Shown here: one piece after another, positions 10,412 to 22,100 of the stretch | Numbering within the stretch: position 1 is the stretch's first letter | Layout of the letters: each line of letters starts with the position of its first letter | Assembly: GCA_044892525.1 (NCBI GenBank) | Contig: CM097885.1 | Span: 51,462,001-51,526,000 of the forward strand | Reading direction: 5' to 3' | Length of the DNA: 64,000 bases | From: Schmidtea polychroa | Taxonomy: Eukaryota | Notes under the pieces: generated by a model | Database searches by the model: none | What the model saw: the letters and a program-made list of their open reading frames with translations, nothing else | Told to the model about the DNA's origin: nothing | Position numbers and translations under genes: made by a program

Positions 10412-11269
10412 ACATGACCTCATCATATGTCCGAATTTCCCACATCCGTGACATCTTACCTTTCCTGATGAATTTACATCATCTCTTTTAATTATACTAA
10501 AATTATTGCTGTTCTAAGGACTTCTAGTCTTGCAGACCGCAGCAACATGTCCCTTACGTTTACATTTTTCGCATTGCAAATTGCAATTTTCCGCACCGTG
10601 GTTATTCCGTCCACATTTGGTACATTGTATACTTTTACGATTGTCCATACTTTTCCAGCTGGTACAATCTTTTGCTATATGCCCTTTTCTATGGCAATTG
10701 AAACACTCTACTGGTGTTCTCTCACTGTTTACAAGGAACATGGTTGACTTTTCCAAGCTGCTTTCAATTACGACAGCTTTCCGTGTCAATTCGTCAAAAT
10801 TATCACTAGTATGTAATATTAGAGCGTTCCTCATTGTAGGAGTAAGTCCTGCCCATAGCTGATCCTTAACTAACAATTATGTTGGCTTTGCCCATGTGGT
10901 TTTTGGTCCAAATGCTCTTTCAGCAATTAATGATAGCTGGTGTGCAAATTCCCCCACATGTTCATTGGCATTCTGTTTTCGATGATAAAATTGTTGTCTA
11001 AATATTCTTCCCGCATCTCCGGCCAATATTCGAGCAGTCATTGCTTCTCTCATTTCGGCCCATGTTTTTGGTGCTTGAGTAACTGGTAATGCCATAATGT
11101 CATTATATTTTTCTCTTGCCAGCCCCTTCAAATATATAGGTAGCCTTTGTATCATGATATTATCTGGATAGGCATATGCTTTGGCCATCTGATAATATTC
11201 AGACATAAACTCTGGGAATTCTCCCGGATCACCGCTGAAAGCCTTTACGGGCAGAGCGGGCTCTAGTTC
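10412..11269 (-). pseudogene. gag: Gag with four CCHC zinc knuckles, interrupted by two in-frame stops
   Basis: N-terminal FSGDPGEFPEF motif, FYHRKQNANEHVGEF capsid-like motif, and knuckles CFNCHRKGHIAKDC, CTKCGRNNHGAENC, CEKCKRKGHVAAVC, CHGCGKFGHMMRSC. Stops at 10877-79 (TAA) and 10514-16 (TAG) with the frame preserved. Confidence 0.9.
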
Positions 11270-11315
11270 CTAACGCTATTTTGTTTTATTTCAATATCTA
11301 CCCGCTGATAATTTT

Positions 11316-11333
11316 ATCACGTCGGGCTCACCA
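11316..11333 (-). promoter_or_regulatory. Primer binding site complementary to tRNA-Trp 3' end
   Basis: Minus strand reads TGGTGAGCCCGACGTGAT, one mismatch from the classical tRNA-Trp PBS TGGTGACCCCGACGTGAT. It immediately follows the LTR CA end. Confidence 0.9.
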
Positions 11334-11336
11334 AAA

Positions 11337-11481
11337 TGTTAGGTTCGATGGGCATGTATTCGAACTAACACAAAAACGTTTAATCTGACTCCAAATAATT
11401 TAAAATGCGCGTAGGTAAATAAATAAATAAGAAATATGTTTTAAATATTTATTTAACAATAAAAAGTTAGTTACACGTTTG

Positions 11482-11513
<32 letters not shown>

Positions 11514-12383
11514 ACACGCTGCTTTCTATAAGTACAGAAAACAGTTATACAAACCGCCCTAAAGAGTATTACTAAGGATCAAAGCTGGCCCTAAATGCGC
11601 CAACAGCCCGATATAGGTGAACGGAAAAGAGATAGGGAAGTTTACCAAATATTACGCGATGGAGTCAACCCATAAATTGGTTAACTCTTTTTCAAACAAA
11701 TATTAATAGCGAAACAACACAAAAATACGTGCTGACGCTATGGTTTCCCTTATTTAAAGTTAATTTAATTTAATCAAATAAGCCTTTTTTATAAATATTT
11801 ATAATTATTTAGATAATGATAAAACTAACTAATTCAATCTTCCTCCTTAAATGGCTCCAAAGAATATTAAATTAAATAATTCTAATTCACGAATAGCCAA
11901 AATTAATTCCTTTTGATCGATATTTCCAATATCACTTGCAATTCTCCAATCAGATTGAAGTTTTGAATAAAGCAAAATTCCAAAATTGCAAATTTAATTT
12001 TCTTTCGCTCGATGAACTTCTGACTACAGTTAAATTCCTAAATCGAATTGATTCTTCCCTATCTAAATTTAGCTACTGCGGTTTTCTCAAATTTACTTAT
12101 CTCAATTTTCGTCCTTTCCATCTAATTTTTATCTACTATTTATATAAATTTATTTATTCTAATTCTATTAATAGTAATTGTTTAATTACTATTTTTATTA
12201 TATATTTTTAAATAATTACTATTTTTGTTAGAAATCTATTTTTAGTAATTATTTATTACTATTTATATTTTAGTTCCAATTTTAGTAATTTTTAAATACT
12301 ATTTATATTATAATTCTAATTTTAGTAATTAATTATTATTTAATTTCAAAACCTTTAATTCCGGTTCCTACTGAACCCCAACA
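11337..12383 (-). repeat. 5' LTR (~1047 bp) of the gypsy element
   Basis: On + strand it starts TGTTAGGTTC (11337) and ends GAACCCCAACA (12383), i.e. short imperfect inverted termini. The inner end lies 3 nt from the PBS. The outer boundary cannot be confirmed without the second LTR. Confidence 0.8.
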
Positions 12384-13908
12384 TACGTATCAAGTCGCTA
12401 GAGTAAACTGATATATGAATAAAAGTAGAAAGTTAAGTAAAGATGTTACTAAAATAAAGAGATTTGACACCTTTTATTGGTAGTTATGAACCCGTAATTG
12501 AAAGTTCAGTGAAGAGTATTTTTGATAACAAAGCTCACCTGTCCATAATTTTTCAGCTGTATAATGTAGTTTCAACATGGTTGTCAAAAGTAATAATCTT
12601 TGGCATAGCAATGTTCAGTTAGATAAGTGTCAACCGTAACCCTAACTATCAAGTACATACAACACTAGCATCTAAAACTTTTTGGCATATACTCCTTTAT
12701 TCTTACATTAAAGAGATAATCATTTTTATGTGATCGAGATGCTTTACATATTGATAATTTCTATATTGTGTTGATAAGTGTTAAACTTTCTACCAGATAT
12801 AAAAAAATAAGCAAAAGAAATTATGCTTTTTTAGTTCAAATGCGGAGCCCAGTTAAAGATTAGAAAGTTCAATTTTCCATATTCCAGGAAAGATCAAACT
12901 TTTGACCTTTGACAAGTATACTGTCTAAATTTTCCAATTTATTGGAATACAGTAGTTTATGAAACATAGATAAATCAAAAAAATTTCGACGAAAGCCTCA
13001 GAAAAATACCATGTCCATTCAACGGTAAAAAAATTCAAAAGAATCAAATTAAACTATTATTCAATTCAATAAACTCAAAGGCTTTTTACTGATCTAAAAC
13101 ATTTTATAGACAACTATTATTAAACTTGATCAAGATTCCGTACTCGATGAAGTTTCGTAAGGCAAACCAATCCGATACAATTTGGTTACATTTGGACCAA
13201 TCAGAGATTAGATATCCATCAATTAAACATTTTAGAAATAATAACACCCAATGAGAATTCACCGGAAATAAAAATTGATGAAAAGTTTAAAAACTTACTT
13301 CGTTTTACATTCTAAATTTTTAGGTGATTATAATTTATTGGGCATGTCACATCTAAAATTTTAAGGATCACCATAAATAATTTACTAACAATATACATTT
13401 TCTGATTGTAATTTTATATTCAGAAAACATTTCAATATGTTTTTTATCAACATAGAAAACCCTTTCAAGTTTTCATAAAACATATTTTGAATGATTATTA
13501 TCATGCTTCATAAAATTTACTTCAAAAATTATTTTTCTACCTAACAATTGTCCTTGAAAAATTGTTGTTTTCTACGTTTCAACAATAACAACATTACAGT
13601 TAAGATGCGTTTTATCTCTCCCAACTACCGAACTTTTTCTATACAAATTTAAAATAATTTAACTCATTACTCTGGAAAGCAATGTAGATAGCAGGAAATT
13701 GTTGCGTTTACATATAAATTTCAGTACCAGCATTTAATATTTTTTTCTGTTTTTGACAAACAAACAGAAAAATAAATTTTCTTTTTCACATTTTTAATAT
13801 ATTTTGTTTAATTTTGAATAGACAATGTTTAACCTTAACTTTCACCCAATTTGTAATATTTGGTGACGAAGTCATCATCCAACAAAGTTGGTAATATAGA
13901 TACTAGGC

Positions 13909-14157
13909 CAGTGGTGGCCAACCCAAAACAATCGAAGGGCCAAATTTTCGGAAAAATACTATCACGGGCCACAATAAATTCATTTAAATAAATATAACTT
14001 GTTTTTACGATTCAAGTAAACTTAGAATCAATTTTTTAAATTAAAAACATGCTTAATTCGAATATGAATTCTAAAAAAGACAATTATTGATTTGATGTTT
14101 AAAATTGTGTCCGGGCCACATCAAAACACTTCGCGAGCCACCGGTTGGCCATGGCTG
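13909..14157 (+). mobile_element. hAT-type MITE family A, copy 1
   Basis: TIRs CAGTGGTGGCCAACC / GGTTGGCCATGGCTG; perfect 8-bp TSD TACTAGGC; near-identical to copies at 21225 and 63261. Confidence 0.95.
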
Positions 14158-15219
14158 TACTAGGCCTCAAAAAGTGTCTTTTATTCAAATTTATGTAGTC
14201 CTGACTACATGAATATAATACATGAATTTTCTTGATCCTGATATCTAGATATAAAATTTAAACGTTATAAACGTGGTATTGGTTTCTATATATCTTTATT
14301 TATCATCCTTTCTTGACACAATATGAACAAGATAAACGATTAGAAAATCAGACTACGACTAAGTAAAGATAAAATAATTTCATATGGTTTTTCTAATATG
14401 AAGAACAACATATGTCAAAATAATTTATTGGACCTAATCTTGGCTTATTAGACTGACTAATGAAAACACCGCAACTTAACACCCTTTTAAACCTTAAAAT
14501 TTTACTATATTTCTTGTTTAATAAAAATTATTTCAAGACTATTTAACTTTACTTTTACAAAAAAAAATATAAAAATAGCTAGAATAAATGAAATTAATAA
14601 TTTTAAATAAAAATTTTCTTTATCGCTTTGTTATTTCATATTTTAAGAGTCAAAAGAGCCTATCAATTGATCTTTATTCATTAAATTTTTTCTATAGGTT
14701 ACCAGTGATAAAATATGTTCCGGACATATAACGACATCACGTCTTCAAGTATTAACATATGATTGGTTAATTTTTGTGATATCATGAAAACATTTGCGCC
14801 CGGTAACTATCAATCAAATTCCACTAAAGAAATATCATATACATCCAAAGATTAATTAGAATCTCTTCTGCGTTTAAAAATGGAACCGACACATATTTTA
14901 GATATTTTTTGTCTATAATTTGTCACCAAAATTCTAAAATAATGTTTGTTTTTTTATAATAATATTGACAAAACATGAAGCTATTGTCAGTGATACAATA
15001 GAATTAATTAAACAAGAATGATAATTTGGAACATTTATTCTACAAGCGTGACTAATAATTAATTCTATGGAGTTATATAATATCTATAATAATGGGGAAA
15101 ATGGAAAATTAATTTTTTTATTTTGGTAAGTTCTAAATATTAAAATAAACAAGTTAGGTAAATATTTATTTAAAATAAATAAACTAATATAATAGAAAAA
15201 AAATATTTAAAATAGATCT

Positions 15220-18200
15220 TTATACACCAGTCTGGTGTAAATAAATTAGCTGGTTGTCCATTACTTCGTCGTGATTGTCTGAATATGTTGATGGCTGAAA
15301 AAAACGATGCTTGTTATTCACCTTCACATCGACTCCACTTGAGTTGGTGTTCTGATCGGAGAAATCTGTACTGATATCAGTGTTATCGTCCATAATATTA
15401 TCTTTACCGAATACCGTGTCATGTTTTCCAATCGTATTCTGTCGATATGGTGATAAGTTTTCAGCACGGCTGATTTCATCCATTTCCGAAAAATTGTTTC
15501 GTCGTGGTGAAAAAGTTACCGAACGGAAACTGTCGTGCAAATAATTTTTCATCCGATTATCTTGAAATCCACTATCGGTCTGACTATTACCAGACATCAT
15601 TAGATTTCTTTGAGACATCATTCCACGAGAATTGTGAAGTTTTATTAATGGAGAAAATGGTGTTTCGTTGTGAATATATGAACTGGGGACCTTTTCTGCA
15701 TACTCACTCATAAGTCGATTTTCATCTATTTCATTGATAATATTTGCCGAGTTCTGTTGGCGCCTAATAGTTTCAATTCCTTGAAAATTCATTTCATTGC
15801 TGTTATTTGAAGGAATCGACGTAACACTTTGTATACGACCACCCATATATTCCGATGGAACTTTAAATAATTGATAGAGATCAGACTTTTTGTTATGTTC
15901 TGCATAAAGATAATCACCATTTGGAACTAAACTAATTGCATCGCTTTTTTTCAAAGTGGGAAAATTATCTGTGTTTTTGGAATAATTACTCAGCGGCTTG
16001 TTTCCATTAAAGCACGTATATATCGGTTCAACATTAAACATTTTCTGATTCTTTGTGGATAAGTTGATCTTAAATATCCAATTATGTTTCACTGACAAAG
16101 TCATCCACACAAAAAACCAAGTAATAATGATAAATGTAACAGCAAAAAATCCGAAAAGAAAAAACGTTTTAGTACAGTCCCAATAACTGGTTACAAAATA
16201 ACAAGCCAATGGAATCAAACAACCCCCTTCAATTACCAATAAAAAGAACCCCAAAGCATTTAGCCAAAAATTTTGAAATTGACCCCGTAAGCGATTTTTT
16301 AGTTCTCTTGAATTATGAAACAACCCGGTAGATATAGAAGGCACTTTAACTTCTTCTAGAAGCTGATCAAATGAACGTTGATTGGTCAAATATCTCTGAA
16401 GACCAAATTCAAAAATGATACAACGACAAATAAGAGAACTAATAAAACCGGCTATAAGCAAACAAGCACACTGCCATTGAGAATATAAAGGTTTACTTGA
16501 ACTTTTCAAAGAAGAATTTTCCAAGCTTAAATAGTATCTAATAACTACTGATAACACTGAATTCAAAATTAAATAGCCAAAGCTCAATACTAAATCAAAA
16601 ATAGCAATAAGAATGGAAAAAGATTTACAAGTTTTCCAAAAAACAGATGAAGTAAACAAAGCTAGAAATATAGAAGCTATGAAAAAATTTATCGTAGAAA
16701 TAGGAAAACTTAATGACTCTGATTCTTGTTTGACAATTGTTAGAGTGCCAGGATCACGAACATTGAAAATGAGATGAAGATCGCTGATCCATAAATTTTC
16801 TAAATAAAATTTAAATTAAAAAAAATATATTTAAAAAAAAATTAATTTTATATGTAATTTGCAAAAATTTCTAAGGTTTTAACTGACACAAAACACATTT
16901 ATTAATGAACATTTTAATTGCAGTTAACATAGTTCAATCCTGTAGCAAAATTTTCTATATTAATTTAATTAATATCTTTTAATAAATTTCAAGGCCCACA
17001 GTAAATACATCACAGCTGAACCGTTATTATCCTTAAGATTCTTAAATAAAACATAATTTTTAACAGCGACGATAATAAACTCATAACTACATCAAACTAT
17101 TGTATTTCAGGGGGGAAAATTAAAACTTCAATAAACCTACAAAAATTTTATTTTAACTTAATTATTCGTAATTATACTATTCGATAAAAATTAAAGTTTT
17201 ATAATTTAGTCTTTTTTTAATAAATTGTGCTTAAAAAGTCAAAGAGACCTTATAAATAATTCTGAAAGTCAAAATTTAAACTTTTATTCTTTATTTCACA
17301 AATTAAAGATTACGTTTAACCTTGTACTTTTAATATTTCTAAATTCATTAACTATTAACAAAGAAAATCGTAAAGCCAAACGCAATGTAAAAATAAATTG
17401 ATTGGACAGTTTCAAAGATTTTTTTTAAAGGTTAGTAGTTTCAACCTAATTTTTATTGAAATTTATTTAGTCGTTTAAAGTTATTTAAACGATTAATATC
17501 CGTTTTTTGTTAATTTCTTTATTAACAAAACCATTGCGTTAGTTATATCAGTTTTAAACAAATGATGCAGAGTTTAGTCTGTGAAGAATAATTGAATACA
17601 AATGCGTCACATGATGAATTGTCTAACAGCTGGTTAACATTTACATCAGAAGAACAAAGTAATAAACCTATAGTAGCAGAGATGTCATTTATTGACACAA
17701 TGAGGCAACATGAGTCAGCATCCATTCACGTTTCCATATTTTCACCAGATGTTTGGTTGGAGAATAGAATCTATGATTAATATTCGCATATTTCCAAAGA
17801 CCGAATTCATTTTCATTATTCAATATTTATTTTATAATCATGCTTGTATTGTGCTAAAAATCAATTTTATTTTTTTTGAAAAAATGTGCTTATTGTGTGC
17901 CAAAATATTTCTACACGAATTAGATCAATAAATTGTCCTCGGGGAAATTGATCAATTTGAACATGCTGACTCACTAACTAGGTTTTTGTGTTACTCAATT
18001 ATACTGTTGGTGACGAAAATCAAATTTTTAACAAAATAGTAATAAACTTAAATAATAAAAATTATAAATATATTACCGTAACTGAGAGCTGAATTTTTAA
18101 ACTTTTCTGCATTTAAGTAGAGATGAGGCACCAATAATAAAAAGGCTGAAATATAATGGAGTAGTTGGCAACTTGGAAAAACATAATATTTAAATATATC

Positions 18201-18581
18201 CCAACATTTCGGTTTGACAGAATCGTCATGACAATTTTGAATTCTTTCGAAAATCAGAGAATCCGGTTGAAGAATTTGTAATGTATTAGTCTCACCTAAA
18301 TCTACATTGTCATTAATCAGATTGCCCGTTTTTATAAGACAAGTATAGAGAAATATTGGCAACAATGCAAATGATAACATTGTCATCATTAAACTAAATG
18401 TCAATGGGTTTTCGTTCCATTCTGAACCATATCGAGGGTTATTCGATTGCTTTTTGAAGTCCATATAATTGTTAACTTCATCGTAATGAACATAGATTTG
18501 AAATGCTAAAATTGTAATTCCATACCATATTTTACCTAAACTTCGACAATTTACAATTGTATTTCTTTCTTGTTTTTCCAT
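15220..18581 (-). CDS. tinc: Tincar-like multipass membrane protein, two exons (18581-18077 and 16799-15220; ~694 aa)
   Basis: Motifs SLGKIWYGI, LLPIFLYTCLIKTGNLIND..LG, PSCQLLH..LLLVP, ENLWISDL and SVFWKTCKSFS resemble Drosophila tincar. A phase-1 GT..AG intron (18076-16800) joins the frames exactly. Confidence 0.8.
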
Positions 18582-19039
18582 TTTTTTTCTAAAAATGTCT
18601 GTTAATCTGTTTAATATATTATTGATTTAACCAACCAATCAAAAATGAGGATTAGTAATATGCATATTTTGTAGCACACGTTAATATTTGTTCTTGTTAT
18701 TTACATTTTTTTAAATTGCGACAAATCAAATATTAATTAAATTAAATTTATTTCAGAAAATTAATACATAATCTTTGTAGTCATAAAATAACTAGAAGTC
18801 CAACAAGAAAAATAAAATGTTTTTTTTGGTTGGGGACTAAATCTTGAAAAAAAAGTCTTTAAAAAAAATCTTGACTATCTTAAAATACTATTAAAATACA
18901 AATATATGTTTTAAGTTCAGATATTCAGTGTTTTTCTATTTTTCTTCAATTTAAAAATGACAACATTTTTTATTTTTGCGGCGGCAAATTCGCATCTCGC
19001 CTACACGCAGAAATCTCCTAAAACCGGCACTGCTTCAAG

Positions 19040-19260
19040 CGTGTTTTTTATCCAGTATATCACATAAACATTAACCTTCTTTTTCTTTATTGTTTGATTT
19101 CATTAATTCTGCTGTTATTTTAACATTTTTTAATTTCTTGCTCCCATTCCTTCTTCTCAGAATTCTCGAACATCACACCATTTATTATACACCTTTTACC
19201 CAATCATTTTTATTCATTTTATAATATTAATTAATATTTTTTATTTAGATATCCTCAACA
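19040..19260 (-). repeat. Truncated copy of the TGTTGAGGATACCTAAAT LTR-like family
   Basis: Ends ...ATTTAGATATCCTCAACA, inverted relative to the copy starting at 19543; left boundary approximate. Confidence 0.6.
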
Positions 19261-19542
19261 AAAATAATCTTTGTGTAATTGTTTGATCAATTTTTTTGTT
19301 GAATTCTTATTGTAAATAAAACCTTAATATTTTTGGGTTTTATTCATTTTGTAATTTTACTTCAGTTCATACCACAACTTAGGGACCATAGGTTAACTAC
19401 AAATTAATTTAATTTTAATGAGTAGTAGATTTAATTAATTTCTTCAAAGGTATATTTAAATACTTAACTTTATTATAATTTTTTTTAAATTCATATTTAA
19501 AAGCCTTTTGAAAAAAATAATTATAATAGAATATCTTGTGTT

Positions 19543-20383
19543 TGTTAAGGATACCTAAATAATAAAATTAAATAATTATTAAAATGATCGAAATTAGGGG
19601 CGGGAGGTATAAAATAAAGGGTATGTTTCTCTGAATTCTTAGAAGCAGGAGCTAGGGAAAGGAATGGTAAAAGAAAACGGCAAACGAATAGATAAAATCA
19701 AGCAATAAAACACGACGAGGCCGTCCTTAATTAACAAGTACAAATTGAAAAAGGAAAAACAAAAACTAAATCGAAATACAATTTTTAAATCTCTCTAATT
19801 AGTTCGTGTTTACGGATAAATCATTATAGATGTTGGAGAAAAAGAAGAAGTCTAAATTAAGTGGGATTTTATATCTCGGCAGTTGTCTGAGATAATAAAG
19901 GAATTAGCCGAAGATTACTTGAAGGAAAAAACAAAATTGAATTATCTATAAATGAATGTAAATGAAAAGCTATAAAAAAGAGACACTAATTGAGTCGGAC
20001 AGGTAGAAAATGGAAGAAACATTTGTAGAAAACTACAGAAGTGGAGAAATAGTAAACGCCAAGTTTATCATAATTTGAAGAATTGACAATTGGAAGTATG
20101 GTATCACAGAGAGTAAAAAAATGGAAACAGAAGTTGAAGTAATCAGACAATTGGTACAAGTATATCGAGGTCAATTGAGAGGTATTTTAGGGATCATTGA
20201 ATTGGACTCACTATGTTTAGTTTGGAGTTTTTTGAGTTTTCAGTGGTGATTTTTTTCAGTAATTGTGTTAGCAGAAATAAACTCGATTGTAATTGTAATA
20301 GATAATAAATATTGGTAACATCGAGAAATGTTTGGACTCAGATCAATAAATGTAAATTTCACATTTCACTGACAACCCCAACA
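19543..20383 (+). repeat. Solo-LTR-like element (TGTTAAGGATACCTAAAT...CCCCAACA)
   Basis: TG..CA termini shared with 37466-39452; shared internal ATATCTCG(G/A)CAG motif; no TSD recognised. Confidence 0.6.
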
Positions 20384-20913
20384 TACTGTAACTAGCATTT
20401 CTGTGTTCTAGGCAAGGTTTAAATTTCTAAAGGCATAAAAATAAGTATAGCTTATATACTCAGTAATTAGATGGTAAATACATTCTCAGAACGAAACAAT
20501 ATATAATCGAGAAAATGAAAATTGAATTTTATTAACTTTGTAACAAAAATATGTAAACATACCATCCTGTGACTTTTTTCTTATTATTTTTAGATTTACA
20601 AAATTTGCAAATCACATTATATTTACCGAAGTTATAATAAAATATTCTTATTTCGTCCTTTTCAAGGCATCCTATATTAATGTTAGTTTGGAGTCTTAGA
20701 TTTTTCTTACAAATCTCTGTGATGTATTAATAGATGTAACATTTGTTCTAGTATGGAAATTTCAAGTTGTTGCAAACAATTGATGTAATGTAAATACTCT
20801 GTTTCATTCACACATTAAGGTCTTTTTCTTTTAGTATTGACAGAATCAGTATTCAAGTGTTGTTTAAAGGTTTAATTACAAATCATTTTACATATAATAT
20901 TTTATTGAAAGTA

Positions 20914-21057
20914 AAGAAAGCGCCAATCGAATATTCGTTTTACGATATATTTCGACAACATTACTGTCATCGCCAGGTAGAATAGAATAACTACCTGACG
21001 AAGACAGGAAAATTGCCGAAACATATCGTAAAACAAATATTCGATTGGCGCTTTCTT
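20914..21057. ncRNA. Hairpin with two inverted minimal hammerhead-ribozyme motifs (Penelope pseudo-LTR type)
   Basis: ~67-bp imperfect inverted repeat. The + arm reads tac-CTGACGA-AGAC..GCC-GAAA-CATA-TC-gta (20992-21030); the opposite arm carries the same motif on the minus strand. Confidence 0.7.
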
Positions 21058-21224
21058 ATAATTAAATCATTGCCATGTATGTTTAATTATTTATATAAAA
21101 TAAAGAAAGTTAGTTAATAAATATAAAAATATGAAATTAAAATTAGCTGAAAAATAATTTAATGTAAATTTGCAAGATATATGTAAAATGGATCTTAATT
21201 GACACTTCAGATGATCATCTAAAT

Positions 21225-21469
21225 CAGCCATGGCCAACCGGTGGCCCGCGGGCCAAATGTGGCCCGGACACAATTTTAAACATCAAATCAATAATTGTCT
21301 TTTTTAGAATTCATATTCGAATTAAGCATGTTTTTAATTTTAAAAATTGATTCTAAGTTTACTTGAATCGTAAAAACGAGTTATATTTATTTAAATGAAT
21401 TTATTGTGGCCCGTGATAGTATTTTTCCGAAAATTTGGCCCTTCGATTGATTTGGGTTGGCCACCACTG
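21225..21469 (-). mobile_element. hAT-type MITE family A, copy 2
   Basis: Same TIRs in inverted orientation; perfect 8-bp TSD ATCTAAAT. Confidence 0.95.
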
Positions 21470-21907
21470 ATCTAAATCATATGAATTATTAATTCTGAAT
21501 TTTTTAAGTTAAATTCAGAAAAATTTAATTCAAAGTTCGAATCACTATTACTTTTGTAACAATTTAATGAAAAAATAAAGCCTGTTAATAAATATTAAAT
21601 TTTCAATTTTCAATTTCCTAAAATTGCGAAGGTAGCTCGTTTTTGGTGTGGTTGATCACCCGTCAAACGCAGCAAAAGTGAATAAGGGAAAAATAATATT
21701 ATTTCGAAAATAAGTATTTTATTGAATATTCCATTTTGATCGTTTTTTATACAAATCTAGCCACTAAAATGATCTGTCTAATGGAAATAGATATTATTTT
21801 TTTAAAAAATTTCATACAAAATGATATTATTTTACTGACAAAATGTATAAATCTAGTTATTAAGTTCATCTTTCTCAAGATATACTTTGCAAACTGTACG
21901 TTTTTAA

Positions 21908-22100
21908 CCCTTAAATGCATGATTTTTCCCATACACGAAGCGATTTTTACGACATCTATAGGCAATAAACAATATTAAAAATGATGTACGTTATGTAGTC
22001 AATCAACAACACTGCGTATAAACTTAAAATCTACTTCACATGTACTTCGAGACAGAGAAATTTGGTATGTTGTCAAACGACAACACAATGCATTTAAGGG
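21908..22100. mobile_element. piggyBac-type MITE
   Basis: 13-bp perfect TIR CCCTTAAATGCAT, flanked by TTAA on both sides. Confidence 0.85.

Larger units (their letters stand above)
1..12383 (-). mobile_element. Large Ty3/gypsy LTR retroelement with env-like glycoprotein; defective copy, 3' end outside window
   Basis: LTR with TG..CA termini, adjacent PBS, Gag zinc knuckles, and PR (DSGA), RT (YIDD), RNase H (TDAS), IN N-terminal HH and GPY motif in gypsy order. Coding-like GC content across 1-11270. Confidence 0.95.

Noticed and set aside
227..10862. Many short + strand ORFs over the gypsy element
   Set aside because: Antisense shadows of the long minus-strand coding frames; no motifs of their own.
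8504..10879. Alternative genetic code (TAR=Gln) for the host
   Set aside because: The tincar-like host gene ends in TAA and long ORFs (pol, env, tincar, RING) lack internal TAR codons, so ordinary nonsense mutation is more parsimonious.
17540..17990. Short ORFs inside the tincar-like intron
   Set aside because: No motif; the flanking exons join in frame without them.
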